DNA of 51,762 nucleotides from an uncultured Thiotrichales bacterium (GCA_964439815.1 CAYTPO010000010.1:1-51762), one strand, 5' to 3'. Counted from the first letter of the stretch, positions 10,519 to 20,323 are shown. Translations and numbers: made by a program. The notes: generated by a model from the letters alone, not told the origin.

Positions 10519-10836
10519 ATGAAAAAACTCATTACCCTGCTTTCCATCGGCATCATCAGCCTTTCTGCCACCGCGCCATTGATGGCGGCAGATGGTGCAG
10601 CACTCTATGCTTCCAAGACCTGCGCAGCCTGCCACGGCAAGGATGGCAAGAAAGGCATGATGCCGACCTATCCCAGCCTGAATGGTCAATCTGCTGCCTA
10701 TGCAGTGCAGCAAATGAAGGACATCAAGTCCGGAGCACGCAGCAACGGCAGCTCTGCCGCCATGAAAGGCGTGATGCACATGGTCAATGACGACGAAATG
10801 AAAGCCATTGCCGAATGGCTGGAAAGCGTCAAATAA
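10519..10836 (+). CDS. mono-haem class I cytochrome c (NosC-like position)
   Basis: Signal peptide MKKLITLLSIGIISLSATAPLMAA, a single CAACH motif and a distal Met region (MKGVMHM). Confidence 0.8.
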   Translation: MKKLITLLSIGIISLSATAPLMAADGAALYASKTCAACHGKDGKKGMMPTYPSLNGQSAAYAVQQMKDIKSGARSNGSSAAMKGVMHMVNDDEMKAIAEWLESVK

Positions 10837-10912
10837 CGGCAGGCCGCCCAATATCTGTCGATAAACCTGGTAACTGCCCGGATAACGGGTGGTTACAAAT
10901 AATCAGGCATTA

Positions 10913-10926
10913 TTGACACGTATCAA
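10913..10926 (+). promoter_or_regulatory. FNR/DNR-family box (class II position) upstream of the di-haem cytochrome c / nosBDGHFLY unit
   Basis: TTGAC-ACGT-ATCAA matches TTGAT-N4-ATCAA at 9/10 positions. A TAGTTT -10-like hexamer lies at 10950-10955, which would centre the box near -41.5. Confidence 0.5.
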
Positions 10927-11004
10927 AGCCCTGTTTTAATGGAAGGTGCTAGTTTAGCCCGCACACCATATTGATAGACTCGATCGAAACCCTGGAGAGC
11001 AACC

Positions 11005-11736
11005 ATGAATTTGAAAACCCTTCTGGCCGTATCAGCCCTCGTACCGGGCATGCTGATCAGCGCAGCTGTCACCGCCGAGGGCGGTGCGGGTGGCGCTGCC
11101 GGCAAGGCCGAACTTGAAAAGGCCCTGACACTCAAGCCCGATCTTGAAAATGGCATGGATATCTATGAAGTCTGCTCAGCCTGTCACCTGCTGGAAGGTT
11201 GGGGCAGCGTTGACGGCAACTTCCCGCAGATCGCCGGCCAGCTACCTGGCGTCACCATCAAGCAGATGGCCGATATTCGCGGTGGCAACCGTGACAACCC
11301 CACCATGTACCCCTTTACACTGGACCGCGCCATTGGTGGCGGTGCTCAGGGTTTGGCCGATGTTGCCGGCTATATCGCTACTCTGCCAATGATTCCCGAA
11401 AACGGCAAGGGCGAAGGCAAGCCCGGCTCTGATGAATACAAGAAGGGAGAGAAACTCTACAAGGACAACTGCGTCGAATGCCATGGCGACAAGGGTGAAG
11501 GCAAGGCCGAAAAGCATTATCCACGTCTTGCCGGGCAACACTACAAGTACATGTTGCGTCAGTTCGAGTGGATTCGTGATGGCAAGCGCCGCAACGCCAA
11601 TGAAGACATGGTCAAGCAGATCAATGCTTTCTCCGATGCGGACATGAAAGCGGTCATCAACTACACCTCACGCCTGCCTGTTCCTGCCAAGGACAAGGCA
11701 CCGTCGATGGACTACAAGAATCCTGACTTCGACTAG
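11005..11736 (+). CDS. di-haem cytochrome c (c4-like)
   Basis: Signal peptide plus two haem motifs, CSACH and CVECH, in two tandem class I domains. Confidence 0.8.
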   Translation: MNLKTLLAVSALVPGMLISAAVTAEGGAGGAAGKAELEKALTLKPDLENGMDIYEVCSACHLLEGWGSVDGNFPQIAGQLPGVTIKQMADIRGGNRDNPTMYPFTLDRAIGGGAQGLADVAGYIATLPMIPENGKGEGKPGSDEYKKGEKLYKDNCVECHGDKGEGKAEKHYPRLAGQHYKYMLRQFEWIRDGKRRNANEDMVKQINAFSDADMKAVINYTSRLPVPAKDKAPSMDYKNPDFD

Positions 11737-11745
11737 ATCCATCTG

Positions 11746-11894
11746 ACATTGGCGGACGCATCCATGCTCGCCAATGTGTACAACATTCTGGATGCGCCTC
11801 GCGCATCCATTTTCTGACAGTGGGAATTGGGCCAGAAATCACTCGATAGCGCTTGCCTCCGGCACGACGCAGCAAGTGGACTATCGAGTGATTT
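11746..11894 (+). other. three consecutive hairpins in the cytochrome c - nosB spacer
   Basis: ACATTGGCG/CGCCAATGT (11746-11777). GGATGCGC/GCGCATCC followed by ATTTTCT (11790-11814). A 14-bp stem AAATCACTCGATAG/CTATCGAGTGATTT (11836-11894). Confidence 0.6.
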
Positions 11895-11956
11895 GCTGGG
11901 TGGCGTCCCGACATGCGGAATTGCGGGCCAACTTCATTCGGATAAAGTAATTCATT

Positions 11957-13117
11957 ATGACTTCTCCCAAGCAGCTTTTAATCATGCTTCTCTCCCTGGT
12001 CGCTGTAGGGTTGATGGCGGCCATCTTCTATGCCCCGGTCTGGTGGGTTTCACTGACGGCACCAAACTATCCGGAAGAAGCCTTTCCCGATGGAGTTCGC
12101 ATCAACTTCCACATGAATGGCGTTTTCAACGGCTGCAAGAAGGTGGAAAAAGCCGAAATCACCGAAGATGAGGCCCTTGATTGTGTACATGAAATGGACA
12201 CGATCAATCACTATGTCGGCATGTACCCGATTGCCTCGGGCGGTGTTATCGAAAAGGCGTTCTCGCCTTTTCTGATGTCCTTCATGGCAGTCATGGTCAT
12301 CGGCTTCATGTGCCGGATTCCAAAGATCAGAGTGATCATTCTCACACTGGGCTTTGGCGCCATCGCCATCTGGATGTATGCGACCTACTACGGCACCAAC
12401 GGGCTCAGGCTGCAGAACACCGGCTATCTCACTGCGCTGGTCACAGCACTCGATCAGGATTCCGAAAAGGAAAGCAAGGAAAGCGAGATGACGGCGGCCG
12501 AAGCGTTGATCGCCCGCCTGAAAGCTTCCCTGGGGGAGACCACAACCGAGGAAACGACAGCCGAAATGTCCGACAAGGAAGCGGCTCTCGCCCATCTGGA
12601 AAACTCCTTCAACAAGGATATGGAACGCCGGCCCGCTGCCGACCGCGAGGTGTGGAATGGCAGCGGTGCACAAATGCTGGCCTGGCATTACCGCAAGAAT
12701 CTGGGACGCTATTTCAACAACCAGGCGGAAATCATCCCGATGGTCAAGAAGATGTCCATCGCGGGGCACATCATGTTCTGGGGCATCATTGCGGCAATGA
12801 TCCTGCTGATATTCGGTGCCAGAAAGAACCGTGGCTTCCTGTTCTGGCTGCTGATTCTGGTGCCCATGGCCCTGCCCCTCTTCTTTATCATCGAATACTC
12901 GGGCTGGCTCTGGTGGTACGGTCACAACCTGAACGAGATGGGCGCATTTACCGTCAAGCCCTTCATGCCGACCGTATTTGGCGATGGCAAGGTCGCCCAG
13001 TTCACCACGCACTCCTACCCCAATATCGGCTTCGGGTTGATGTTACTGCTTGCACTGGATCTGGCCATCGTGGCCCTGCTGCGACGGCGACAGTTGCGTG
13101 ACGAGAGTGACGACTGA
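11957..13117 (+). CDS. nosB: NosB-like polytopic membrane protein of clade II nos clusters
   Basis: Multi-TM protein with a long acidic cytoplasmic loop (DQDSEKESKESEMTAAE...). It sits immediately 5' of nosD. The call rests on position and topology only. Confidence 0.5.
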   Translation: MTSPKQLLIMLLSLVAVGLMAAIFYAPVWWVSLTAPNYPEEAFPDGVRINFHMNGVFNGCKKVEKAEITEDEALDCVHEMDTINHYVGMYPIASGGVIEKAFSPFLMSFMAVMVIGFMCRIPKIRVIILTLGFGAIAIWMYATYYGTNGLRLQNTGYLTALVTALDQDSEKESKESEMTAAEALIARLKASLGETTTEETTAEMSDKEAALAHLENSFNKDMERRPAADREVWNGSGAQMLAWHYRKNLGRYFNNQAEIIPMVKKMSIAGHIMFWGIIAAMILLIFGARKNRGFLFWLLILVPMALPLFFIIEYSGWLWWYGHNLNEMGAFTVKPFMPTVFGDGKVAQFTTHSYPNIGFGLMLLLALDLAIVALLRRRQLRDESDD

Positions 13118-13123
13118 AATACC

Positions 13124-14413
13124 ATGATCACTCTTCGACTCCTGCTGCTCATGCTTCTGTGTGCAGGCCTGACTCCTGTCGCATGGGCCATGACCGAAGA
13201 AAACCCGCTGCAGGCGCTGATCGATGCGGCAAAACCCAATGACATCATCACTCCGGAGCCGGGGACCTATCTCGGCTCCATCACCATCGACAAGCCCCTG
13301 ATCCTCGACGGGCAGGGCAAGGTCACCATCGACGCCCGCGGCAAGGGCTCGGTCATCTACCTGGAAACCGATGGTGCCGTACTGCGAAATCTGCACCTGA
13401 CCAATTCCGGCACATCACACAACGACATCGACTCCGGCGTACAGGTCCGTGGCAACTTCAATGTCATCAAGGACAACCAAATCGATGACTGCCTGTTTGG
13501 CGTCGATCTGCAACAGTCGGAAAACAATATCGTCCGGCGCAACACCATTTCCTCCAAGGACAATGCGCTTGGTCAGCGCGGTGATTCGGTGCGACTCTGG
13601 TACAGCTTCAACAACAAGATCACGCACAACACCATTACCCGGTCACGCGATATGGTGGTGTGGTATTCACGTGATAACGTGCTGTCCCACAATACCATCA
13701 GCAACAGCCGCTACTCGCTGCATTTCATGTACTCCCAGTACAATGAAGTCGAATACAACGAGTACTACAACAACACCGTCGGTATTTTCCTGATGTACAG
13801 CGACGGCGTCGTGGTGCGCCATAACCATATTGCCCACGCTTCAGGCCCCACAGGTGTGGGTATCGGCTTCAAGGAAACCTCCGATCTGGTGATCGAGAAC
13901 AATGAAATTCTCTATTGCGCCACCGGATTCTATATCGATGTCTCCCCCTATCAGCCCGACACCACCAACCGTTTCAGCGGCAACCTGCTGGCCTACAACG
14001 GGATCGGCATCCGCTTTCTCAACGACTGGAAGGGCAATATCTTCAAGGGCAACAACTTCACCGACAACCTGACACAGATCCAGGTACCGGGCCGTGGCAG
14101 CGCCAATCGCAATGTATGGGAAGGCAACTACTGGGGCGATTACGAAGGCTTCGATCTGGACAAGGATGGCATTGGCGACAAGCCTTATATACTGTTTGCC
14201 TACGCCGACAGCATCTGGAGCGATGTGCCCTATGCACAATTCTTCAAGGGCTCCCCCATGCTGGAAACACTGGACTTTCTGGAGCGGCTGGCACCCTTTT
14301 CCGACCCGCTGCTATTGGCGCAGGATGACAAGCCGCTGATGCATCCGGTCGTACCGGAAGATTCCGATAATCCACTGACAAAACTGACACTAGAGGCAGC
14401 AACCGATGGCTGA
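13124..14413 (+). CDS. nosD: NosD, periplasmic right-handed beta-helix maturation protein
   Basis: Signal peptide, then repeated N-x-I/V beta-helix rungs (NNIVRRNTISS, ITHNTITRS, LSHNTISNS, VRHNHIAHA, IENNEILYC) and a C-terminal GNYWGDYEGFDLDKDGIGDKPY block. Confidence 0.85.
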   Translation: MITLRLLLLMLLCAGLTPVAWAMTEENPLQALIDAAKPNDIITPEPGTYLGSITIDKPLILDGQGKVTIDARGKGSVIYLETDGAVLRNLHLTNSGTSHNDIDSGVQVRGNFNVIKDNQIDDCLFGVDLQQSENNIVRRNTISSKDNALGQRGDSVRLWYSFNNKITHNTITRSRDMVVWYSRDNVLSHNTISNSRYSLHFMYSQYNEVEYNEYYNNTVGIFLMYSDGVVVRHNHIAHASGPTGVGIGFKETSDLVIENNEILYCATGFYIDVSPYQPDTTNRFSGNLLAYNGIGIRFLNDWKGNIFKGNNFTDNLTQIQVPGRGSANRNVWEGNYWGDYEGFDLDKDGIGDKPYILFAYADSIWSDVPYAQFFKGSPMLETLDFLERLAPFSDPLLLAQDDKPLMHPVVPEDSDNPLTKLTLEAATDG

Positions 14414-15263
14414 CGAGCAAAAGAAACCGGTGCAAAAACCTCCCAGGAAGTTCAAGAAATCCATTGCCCGGCGCAAGCAGGATCGTCGCGAATTCCTGCG
14501 CACGGCCGGTCTGGCGACTGGCGTTCTCTCACTCTCGCTGCTCGGGTTGGGGCCTGTCGCCAAGGGCAGCGTCACCCGGCTGCGTCCACCGGGTGCATTG
14601 CACGAGCAGGAATTTCTCGCCTCCTGCATCAAGTGTGGCCAGTGCGTTCAGGTATGTCCCGTGGAGGCCATCGAGCTGGCCGATATTTTCGATGGGGCCG
14701 GTGTCGGCACCCCTTTCATTACCGCGCGAGCCCAGGCCTGCGACTTTTCCTGCGATGGTCTGCAATGTGTACTGGCCTGCCCCACTGGCGCCCTGACTCA
14801 CGAAATCAATTACCCGGCCGAATCCCGTATGGGACTGGCCGAGCTGGTGGATGAAAGCAGCTGCCTGGCAGTACTCGGACAGGGTTTCAAGGGTGAAGCC
14901 CGAGGCAAGGACTTCCCCGGCACACTACGCTTCGAGGAGATCGACCGCTGGAACCCGATTCCGCTGGCCGATCACCCGTTTGATCTGGAACTCTGCGACC
15001 TCTGTGTCCGGCTCTGCCCGATCGAACTCAGAATTGCCCAGTGTGATGCCGGCAAGCCACCTTCCGGCGATCCCAACCAGTGCCCACCCAGGCACGCCAT
15101 CGAACTGCAGCCTGTGGCCGGCGGTGACGGCAAGGCAATGAAGCCGGTCATTCTGGATGGCTGCGTCGGCTGTGGCGTCTGCGAGATGGTCTGCCCGGTC
15201 GAACCTACCGCCATCGCCATCAATTACCGAAAAACCGTGGATACTGCAGGGGGTTCATCATGA
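14406..15263 (+). CDS. nosG: NosG, NapG-like TAT-exported poly-ferredoxin
   Basis: TAT motif DRREFLRTAG. 4Fe-4S motifs CIKCGQCVQVCP, CVLACP, CDLCVRLCP and CVGCGVCEMVCP. Overlaps nosD by 8 nt. Confidence 0.75.
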   Translation: MADEQKKPVQKPPRKFKKSIARRKQDRREFLRTAGLATGVLSLSLLGLGPVAKGSVTRLRPPGALHEQEFLASCIKCGQCVQVCPVEAIELADIFDGAGVGTPFITARAQACDFSCDGLQCVLACPTGALTHEINYPAESRMGLAELVDESSCLAVLGQGFKGEARGKDFPGTLRFEEIDRWNPIPLADHPFDLELCDLCVRLCPIELRIAQCDAGKPPSGDPNQCPPRHAIELQPVAGGDGKAMKPVILDGCVGCGVCEMVCPVEPTAIAINYRKTVDTAGGSS

Positions 15264-16237
15264 GCTACATAGTGGAATCCCTGGCGCAGATACTCGGTCG
15301 CAAACCCAAACGCCCCGCCAAGACCGACCTCAGCCCCCAGGTCATCGAGTTCTACGACAAGAAGAAACTGCACAAGATCACCAAAGCCGAACTCGAAGCC
15401 ATCGAGGCAGCTCATGCGGTCAGCCGACATCGCCACACCTGGCGGAATCGCCGCTGGCTGACACTGCTGTTCATCAACCTGCTGTTTGTCGTCTCCTACT
15501 ATTTCGACGTGCAGATACTCGAAGGCGCTCTGACAGCCTCCCGCTTTGTCGGCTTTCACATGGCCGACCTCAATTCGGCCTTGCAGGTCATGCTGGCCTA
15601 CAAGCATCTGGTGCTGAACCTGATCATCGGCACGACAACAGTGCTGATCATGTGGCTGCTGCTGGGCGGGCGAACATTCTGCTCCTGGGTCTGCCCCTAT
15701 CACCTGCTGGCCGAATGGGCCGAGGGTATCCATATGTGGCTGGTCAGGAAGAAGTGGATAAAGAACCGCACTTTCCACCGCGGCGTTCGCACGGTTTTCT
15801 ATGTGGCCTTTGCTCTGTTGGCGCTGGGGACCGGCTACACGGTCTTTGAGACCATCTCCCCCACTGGCATCCTCAGCCGCGCACTGATCTACGGCCCCGG
15901 CTTTGCATTGATCTGGGTCGGCCTGCTGCTCCTGTTCGAGATCCTGGTTTCACGTCGTGCATGGTGCCGCTATGTCTGCCCGATTGGCGTTACCTACGGC
16001 ATCGTCGGCACCGTCTCCCCGCTGCGGGTAACCTACAATATGGTCGACTGCCATCATGAGGGTGATTGCCGCAAGATCTGCCTGGTACCCCATGTACTGG
16101 ATGTGACCATCAAGGGACGCTCACCCAAGGTTGATATGGATATCGGCGCCGACTGCACGCGTTGTGGTCTCTGCGTGGATATCTGCCCCACCAATTCACT
16201 CAAGTTCGTATTCAAGGGGTTGAACAAGGTGCTTTGA
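15260..16237 (+). CDS. nosH: NosH, NapH-like membrane iron-sulfur quinol-dehydrogenase subunit
   Basis: TM helices plus CSWVCPY, WCRYVCPIG, CRKICLVP and CTRCGLCVDICP. Overlaps nosG by 4 nt. Confidence 0.75.
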   Translation: MSYIVESLAQILGRKPKRPAKTDLSPQVIEFYDKKKLHKITKAELEAIEAAHAVSRHRHTWRNRRWLTLLFINLLFVVSYYFDVQILEGALTASRFVGFHMADLNSALQVMLAYKHLVLNLIIGTTTVLIMWLLLGGRTFCSWVCPYHLLAEWAEGIHMWLVRKKWIKNRTFHRGVRTVFYVAFALLALGTGYTVFETISPTGILSRALIYGPGFALIWVGLLLLFEILVSRRAWCRYVCPIGVTYGIVGTVSPLRVTYNMVDCHHEGDCRKICLVPHVLDVTIKGRSPKVDMDIGADCTRCGLCVDICPTNSLKFVFKGLNKVL

Positions 16238-16355
16238 TACGTTGCAGCACGTTGCATGTATGATGGCGGCTGCCGGACAACCCACGATGCCTGAGTGCCT
16301 GCCGAATCCGGCAGGCGTGCATGATCAGGCCTACAATCAACCGACCAGACAACTT

Positions 16356-17210
16356 ATGATCGTATTTGAAAACACCACCAAGAGTTTTCGCCGCAACAAG
16401 GTGCTGGATAGCGTCAACCTGCAGATCAATGCCGGTGACCGCGTTGCGCTGGTGGGCTCCAATGGCGCCGGAAAAACCACGCTGATACGCTGCCTGCTTG
16501 GAGAGTATCTGCATGACGGCAAGGTAACGGTACAGGGGCTGACGCCCCGCGAGCACCGCAAGGAGGTGCTGAAAAGGCTGGGATTCGTCCCGCAGCTCCC
16601 CCCCCCGGTCAGAATGCCGGTTGGTCAGCTGATCCGCTTCGCTGCTGCTGTCTGCGGCAGCAACCCGGCTCAGATGCAGGATATCGCTCAGGAGCTGGGG
16701 CTCGATGCCAAGGCCATTCGCCGGCAACCCTTCAACAAGCTCAGTGGTGGCCAGAAGCAAAAACTGCTGATTGCCATTGCACTGGGACGCGAATGCGATG
16801 TGCTGGTACTCGATGAACCGGCCGCCAATCTCGATCCCGAGGCCCGCCATACACTCTTCTCGCTACTGGCCGAGCGGCAGGAGAAAACAGCAATGCTGAT
16901 TTCCAGCCATCGCCTGGATGAGGTCGCGGCACTGGTCAATCGGGTCGTCGAGCTGGATCTGGGCAAGGTCGTACTCGATGACCATGTCGCCGATGATGTC
17001 AGCATCTCCAGCCTGCTCAACAGCGCTGTCACGCTGTCCCGTGCCGACGATGCCTTTGCGCAAACCATTCGGGAATGGGGTTTCACTCCCTCGGACAACC
17101 AGTGCAGCTGGAGCGGCCAGGTCGCCGGCCCCGATCGCCTGCGTTTTCTCGGCATGCTTTCGCGCTACGCCGGATTGCTCAAGGGCATTCACCTGGAGGA
17201 GAAGCGATGA
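16356..17210 (+). CDS. nosF: NosF, ABC transporter ATPase
   Basis: Starts MIVFENTTKSF. Walker A GSNGAGKTT, signature LSGGQKQK, Walker B VLVLDEP. The track ORF begins at 16242, but those 38 codons look like leader sequence. Confidence 0.8.
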   Translation: MIVFENTTKSFRRNKVLDSVNLQINAGDRVALVGSNGAGKTTLIRCLLGEYLHDGKVTVQGLTPREHRKEVLKRLGFVPQLPPPVRMPVGQLIRFAAAVCGSNPAQMQDIAQELGLDAKAIRRQPFNKLSGGQKQKLLIAIALGRECDVLVLDEPAANLDPEARHTLFSLLAERQEKTAMLISSHRLDEVAALVNRVVELDLGKVVLDDHVADDVSISSLLNSAVTLSRADDAFAQTIREWGFTPSDNQCSWSGQVAGPDRLRFLGMLSRYAGLLKGIHLEEKR

Positions 17211-17734
17211 AGGACGCATTCAGCGCTGCCACAACCATGAAATTCACCCTGCTCCTGTTGTTTCTGTCCACCCTGCTCCTGACCAGTGGTTGCTCGAAAG
17301 AGCCCGAGACCGGGCCCGGCAAGATACGCTGGGATCGTGAAACCTGCGAGCGCTGTGTCATGGCGGTGAGCGATCATTACTACTCAGCCCAGGTGCGCGG
17401 CGGACCGGCAGGCAAGAAGACAAAACTCTACAAGTTCGACGATATCGGCTGCGCAATGATCTGGCTGGACGAGCAGCCATGGAAAGACGATCCACGTACC
17501 GAAGTGTGGGTCACTGATTTCCGCAATGGCTCCTGGATCAATGCGAAGAAGGCCGCCTATATCAAGGGCAAGAAAACCCCCATGGATTACGGCCTTGGCG
17601 CACAGTCCGAACCCGCCGACGGTGCGCTGGACTACGAGCAGGCCAGGGCACATGTCTACGAAGTGGAAAAGCGTTTCAACCAGCCACCACCCGAACATCA
17701 GCATCCCGCATCTGCACCCACCCATAATCCATAG
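17207..17734 (+). CDS. nosL: NosL, copper-chaperone lipoprotein
   Basis: MKDAFSAATTMKFTLLLLFLSTLLLTSGC carries a lipobox. CERCVMAVSD and FDDIGC blocks are present. ATGA overlap with the nosF stop. The order nosF-nosL-nosY differs from the usual F-Y-L. Confidence 0.75.
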   Translation: MKDAFSAATTMKFTLLLLFLSTLLLTSGCSKEPETGPGKIRWDRETCERCVMAVSDHYYSAQVRGGPAGKKTKLYKFDDIGCAMIWLDEQPWKDDPRTEVWVTDFRNGSWINAKKAAYIKGKKTPMDYGLGAQSEPADGALDYEQARAHVYEVEKRFNQPPPEHQHPASAPTHNP

Positions 17735-17741
17735 GCTTGCC

Positions 17742-18569
17742 ATGAATCATTTGTTACTGACAGCTTGGGCGGATATTACCGAATCTCTGCGGGCGCGCTG
17801 GTTTCTGGTCTATACGCTGGTTTTTGGCGGCGTCATTGTCGCCCTGTTTCTGACCGGCCTGACCGAGTCCCGCATCATGGGCTTTACCGGGCTGTCCCGG
17901 CTGCTGGTCACCTACCTGCAGATCACCATGGCCATCTTGCCGCTGTTCGTTCTGATCACCACTGTGCGCTCAGTGGCCGGTGATCGCGAAGCCGGGATCT
18001 TCGAATACATGTTGTCCTTACCGGTCAATCTGTCGGCCTGGTACTGGGGGAAATTTCTCGGTCGCTTTACCGTGGTTTTTCTGCCGGTCTTTCTTGCCAT
18101 GATGGCCGCCATTGGCTGGGCCCTGTTTCGCGGCATCGAAGTACCCTGGTTTCAGGTGCTGTTCTATACCGGATTCCTGATTGCGCTGGCCTGGTGCTTT
18201 CTCGGCATCGGCATGTTCCTCTCCACGCTGGCGCGCTCGGCCGATGTTGCCCAGGGGGCCGCCTTTATCGTCTGGCTCGCATTGCTGCTGTTTCTGGACC
18301 TGATCCTGCTGGGTGTGCTGATTCGGGAAGGTGCCCCGGCCGAAACCACCATTGCCATCGCGCTGATCAACCCATTGCAGGTGTTCCGTACCGCTTCGAT
18401 GATGCTGTTCGATCCGCAGCTGGTACTGCTTGGGCCATCGGCCTATGTCATTCTCGACAACTTCGGCAAGGCCGGTTATATCGCCTGGGCACTCATCTAC
18501 CCCGTTATTCTGGGCACCCTGTTTGCCATGTTCGGCTACTTCAAATTCCGTCGTAGCGACCTGCCATAA
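17742..18569 (+). CDS. nosY: NosY, ABC-2 type permease
   Basis: MNHLLLTAWADITESLRARWF followed by six hydrophobic helices. Position next to nosF/nosL supports the call. Confidence 0.75.
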   Translation: MNHLLLTAWADITESLRARWFLVYTLVFGGVIVALFLTGLTESRIMGFTGLSRLLVTYLQITMAILPLFVLITTVRSVAGDREAGIFEYMLSLPVNLSAWYWGKFLGRFTVVFLPVFLAMMAAIGWALFRGIEVPWFQVLFYTGFLIALAWCFLGIGMFLSTLARSADVAQGAAFIVWLALLLFLDLILLGVLIREGAPAETTIAIALINPLQVFRTASMMLFDPQLVLLGPSAYVILDNFGKAGYIAWALIYPVILGTLFAMFGYFKFRRSDLP

Positions 18570-18575
18570 ACGGCG

Positions 18576-19070
18576 TTGACCATGAACACGAAAAACCGCG
18601 GACAATCGAGTAAATGGTTCTGGCCTGTTCTCTTTTTCATCCTGCTGATGGCAGCTGCGGTGCTGTCCTACCAATTCAGGGACTATTTCGAACCCAAGGT
18701 GATCGCTTCGCTGCAATATGATCCGACCTGCAATTTGCGACAGTCAGCTTGCAGGCTGACGCTGCCTGATGGTGGTGAGGTCGAGTTTTCCATAACCCCC
18801 GATACCATTCCGGTACTGCAACCCGTGCAGTTTCACGTTGCCGTCAGTGGCACCAATGTTTCTGCGGTGGAAGTCGATCTGGTCGGCACCAATATGAACA
18901 TGGGCTACAACCGGCCCGCACTGAAGTCCAAGGGTAACAACACCTTCAGTGGTGAAACTGTCATCCCTGTCTGTGTACGCAACCGGATGGACTGGGAAGC
19001 CAGGGTGCTGCTGCATACCCCACGGGGGATTGTCATGGCACCCTTTAGGTTCTATACGTTGAAAAAATGA
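18576..19070 (+). CDS. single-TM FixH/YtkA-like Ig-fold protein
   Basis: N-terminal anchor WFWPVLFFILLMAAAVL, then a beta-rich domain with CNLRQSAC and a third Cys. Starts 6 nt after nosY. Confidence 0.45.
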   Translation: MTMNTKNRGQSSKWFWPVLFFILLMAAAVLSYQFRDYFEPKVIASLQYDPTCNLRQSACRLTLPDGGEVEFSITPDTIPVLQPVQFHVAVSGTNVSAVEVDLVGTNMNMGYNRPALKSKGNNTFSGETVIPVCVRNRMDWEARVLLHTPRGIVMAPFRFYTLKK

Positions 19071-20323
19071 ATGTGCCACTTTCAATACCACTTGCCATGC
19101 TGGCTATGGTCTCTGCCCCCAGCCTTGCCAGCGACAACCCGGTAACAGTATCGGGGCGAATTCAGGCCGGCCTCATCGCCAATGACAATGACTCGAAAAA
19201 TGTCTTCCCAACCGGTTTTCTCAACTTCGATGAAGGCGCCAATCTGAACCGCGCCGAGGTCTTGATCGAGAAAAAGCCCGTAACCCCGATCAAGCCGCGG
19301 ATCGGCCCCTTCCCCGGTCCGAAACCGGCCTCCGCCAACTGGGGCTTTGAAGTGGATTTGCGCTATGGCCGCGATGCCGCCCTGACCTTTGGTCTGGACG
19401 ATGAGCTGGACATCAACGATGGCCACAAGAACCTGCTGCTGATACCGCAATGGTTCGCCACCGGCTACCTTCCCTGGGGCAATGGCGTTGCCTGGATCGC
19501 CGGCAGCTGGTTTACCTCGGTCGGTTATGAAATCGGCGCGCCGGTCGACCCGCCCAGCGGATTCTATTCGCACAGCTATGCCTTCACCTATGCACCCACC
19601 AAGCATGTTGGCCTGCTCACATCGGCCCGACTACCCCAGAAGAAAGGTGCCGGCATGGCAACGCTCTCTGTCGGTATCGTGCAAGGCTGGAACAATCTGC
19701 AGGACAACAATGATGACAAATCCATTATTTTCGACTGGCGCTGGCGCAGCCCCGACTTCAGAACCTGGATCGACTTCGAGAATATCATCGGCAACGAACA
19801 GACCGACAATACGCATAGCGAACAAACTCGCCCCTTCAATGCGATCAGCAGTCACAATGAAAAATTACTGCGCCGTTTTCACAGCCTGACGGTTACCCAC
19901 CGCTTCAGCCCGACAAACCGCATCGCCTTCAATATGGTTTATGGCTTTCAGGAAGGCGGCGACGTAATTGCTGCAAAAAGAAATCCACCCGGCTTTCTGA
20001 TCGTCAAGGATAGTGCTTGGTACGGTGCCAATTTCAATCTGTATCACCAGCTCGACAAGCACCTGCAAGCCGGTCTGCGGCTGGATTGGCTGACCGACGC
20101 GGAAGGCGCCCATGCCTTGCTTCCCGCCGGCGACTATTACGGAATTACCGCCAACCTCTCCTGGTGGCAGGGCAAACAGCTGCGCATCCGACCGGAATTG
20201 CGCTACGACTGGTATCAGGGTTCGGGAAAACCCTTTGGTGGCAAGGTGCCGGCAATCTTTTTCGGCGAAACCGATTCTCAATGGGTTGCCTCCATTGATG
20301 CAACCTGGTTCCTTTCACCATGA
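19067..20323 (+). CDS. outer-membrane beta-barrel (porin-like, OmpL/BBP2-like)
   Basis: Signal peptide MNVPLSIPLAMLAMVSAPSLA, alternating amphipathic strands rich in aromatic residues and Gly, and a C-terminal ...ASIDATWF. ATGA overlap with the previous gene. Confidence 0.6.
   Translation: MNVPLSIPLAMLAMVSAPSLASDNPVTVSGRIQAGLIANDNDSKNVFPTGFLNFDEGANLNRAEVLIEKKPVTPIKPRIGPFPGPKPASANWGFEVDLRYGRDAALTFGLDDELDINDGHKNLLLIPQWFATGYLPWGNGVAWIAGSWFTSVGYEIGAPVDPPSGFYSHSYAFTYAPTKHVGLLTSARLPQKKGAGMATLSVGIVQGWNNLQDNNDDKSIIFDWRWRSPDFRTWIDFENIIGNEQTDNTHSEQTRPFNAISSHNEKLLRRFHSLTVTHRFSPTNRIAFNMVYGFQEGGDVIAAKRNPPGFLIVKDSAWYGANFNLYHQLDKHLQAGLRLDWLTDAEGAHALLPAGDYYGITANLSWWQGKQLRIRPELRYDWYQGSGKPFGGKVPAIFFGETDSQWVASIDATWFLSP

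Noticed and set aside
16297-16316. 8-bp hairpin GCCTGCCG-AATC-CGGCAGGC and a direct repeat ACGTTGCA x2 (16243-16260) in the nosH-nosF spacer.
   Set aside because: No T-run follows, so it is not a terminator. The structure is too small and isolated to assign a function, and it may merely be a stabiliser within the operon.
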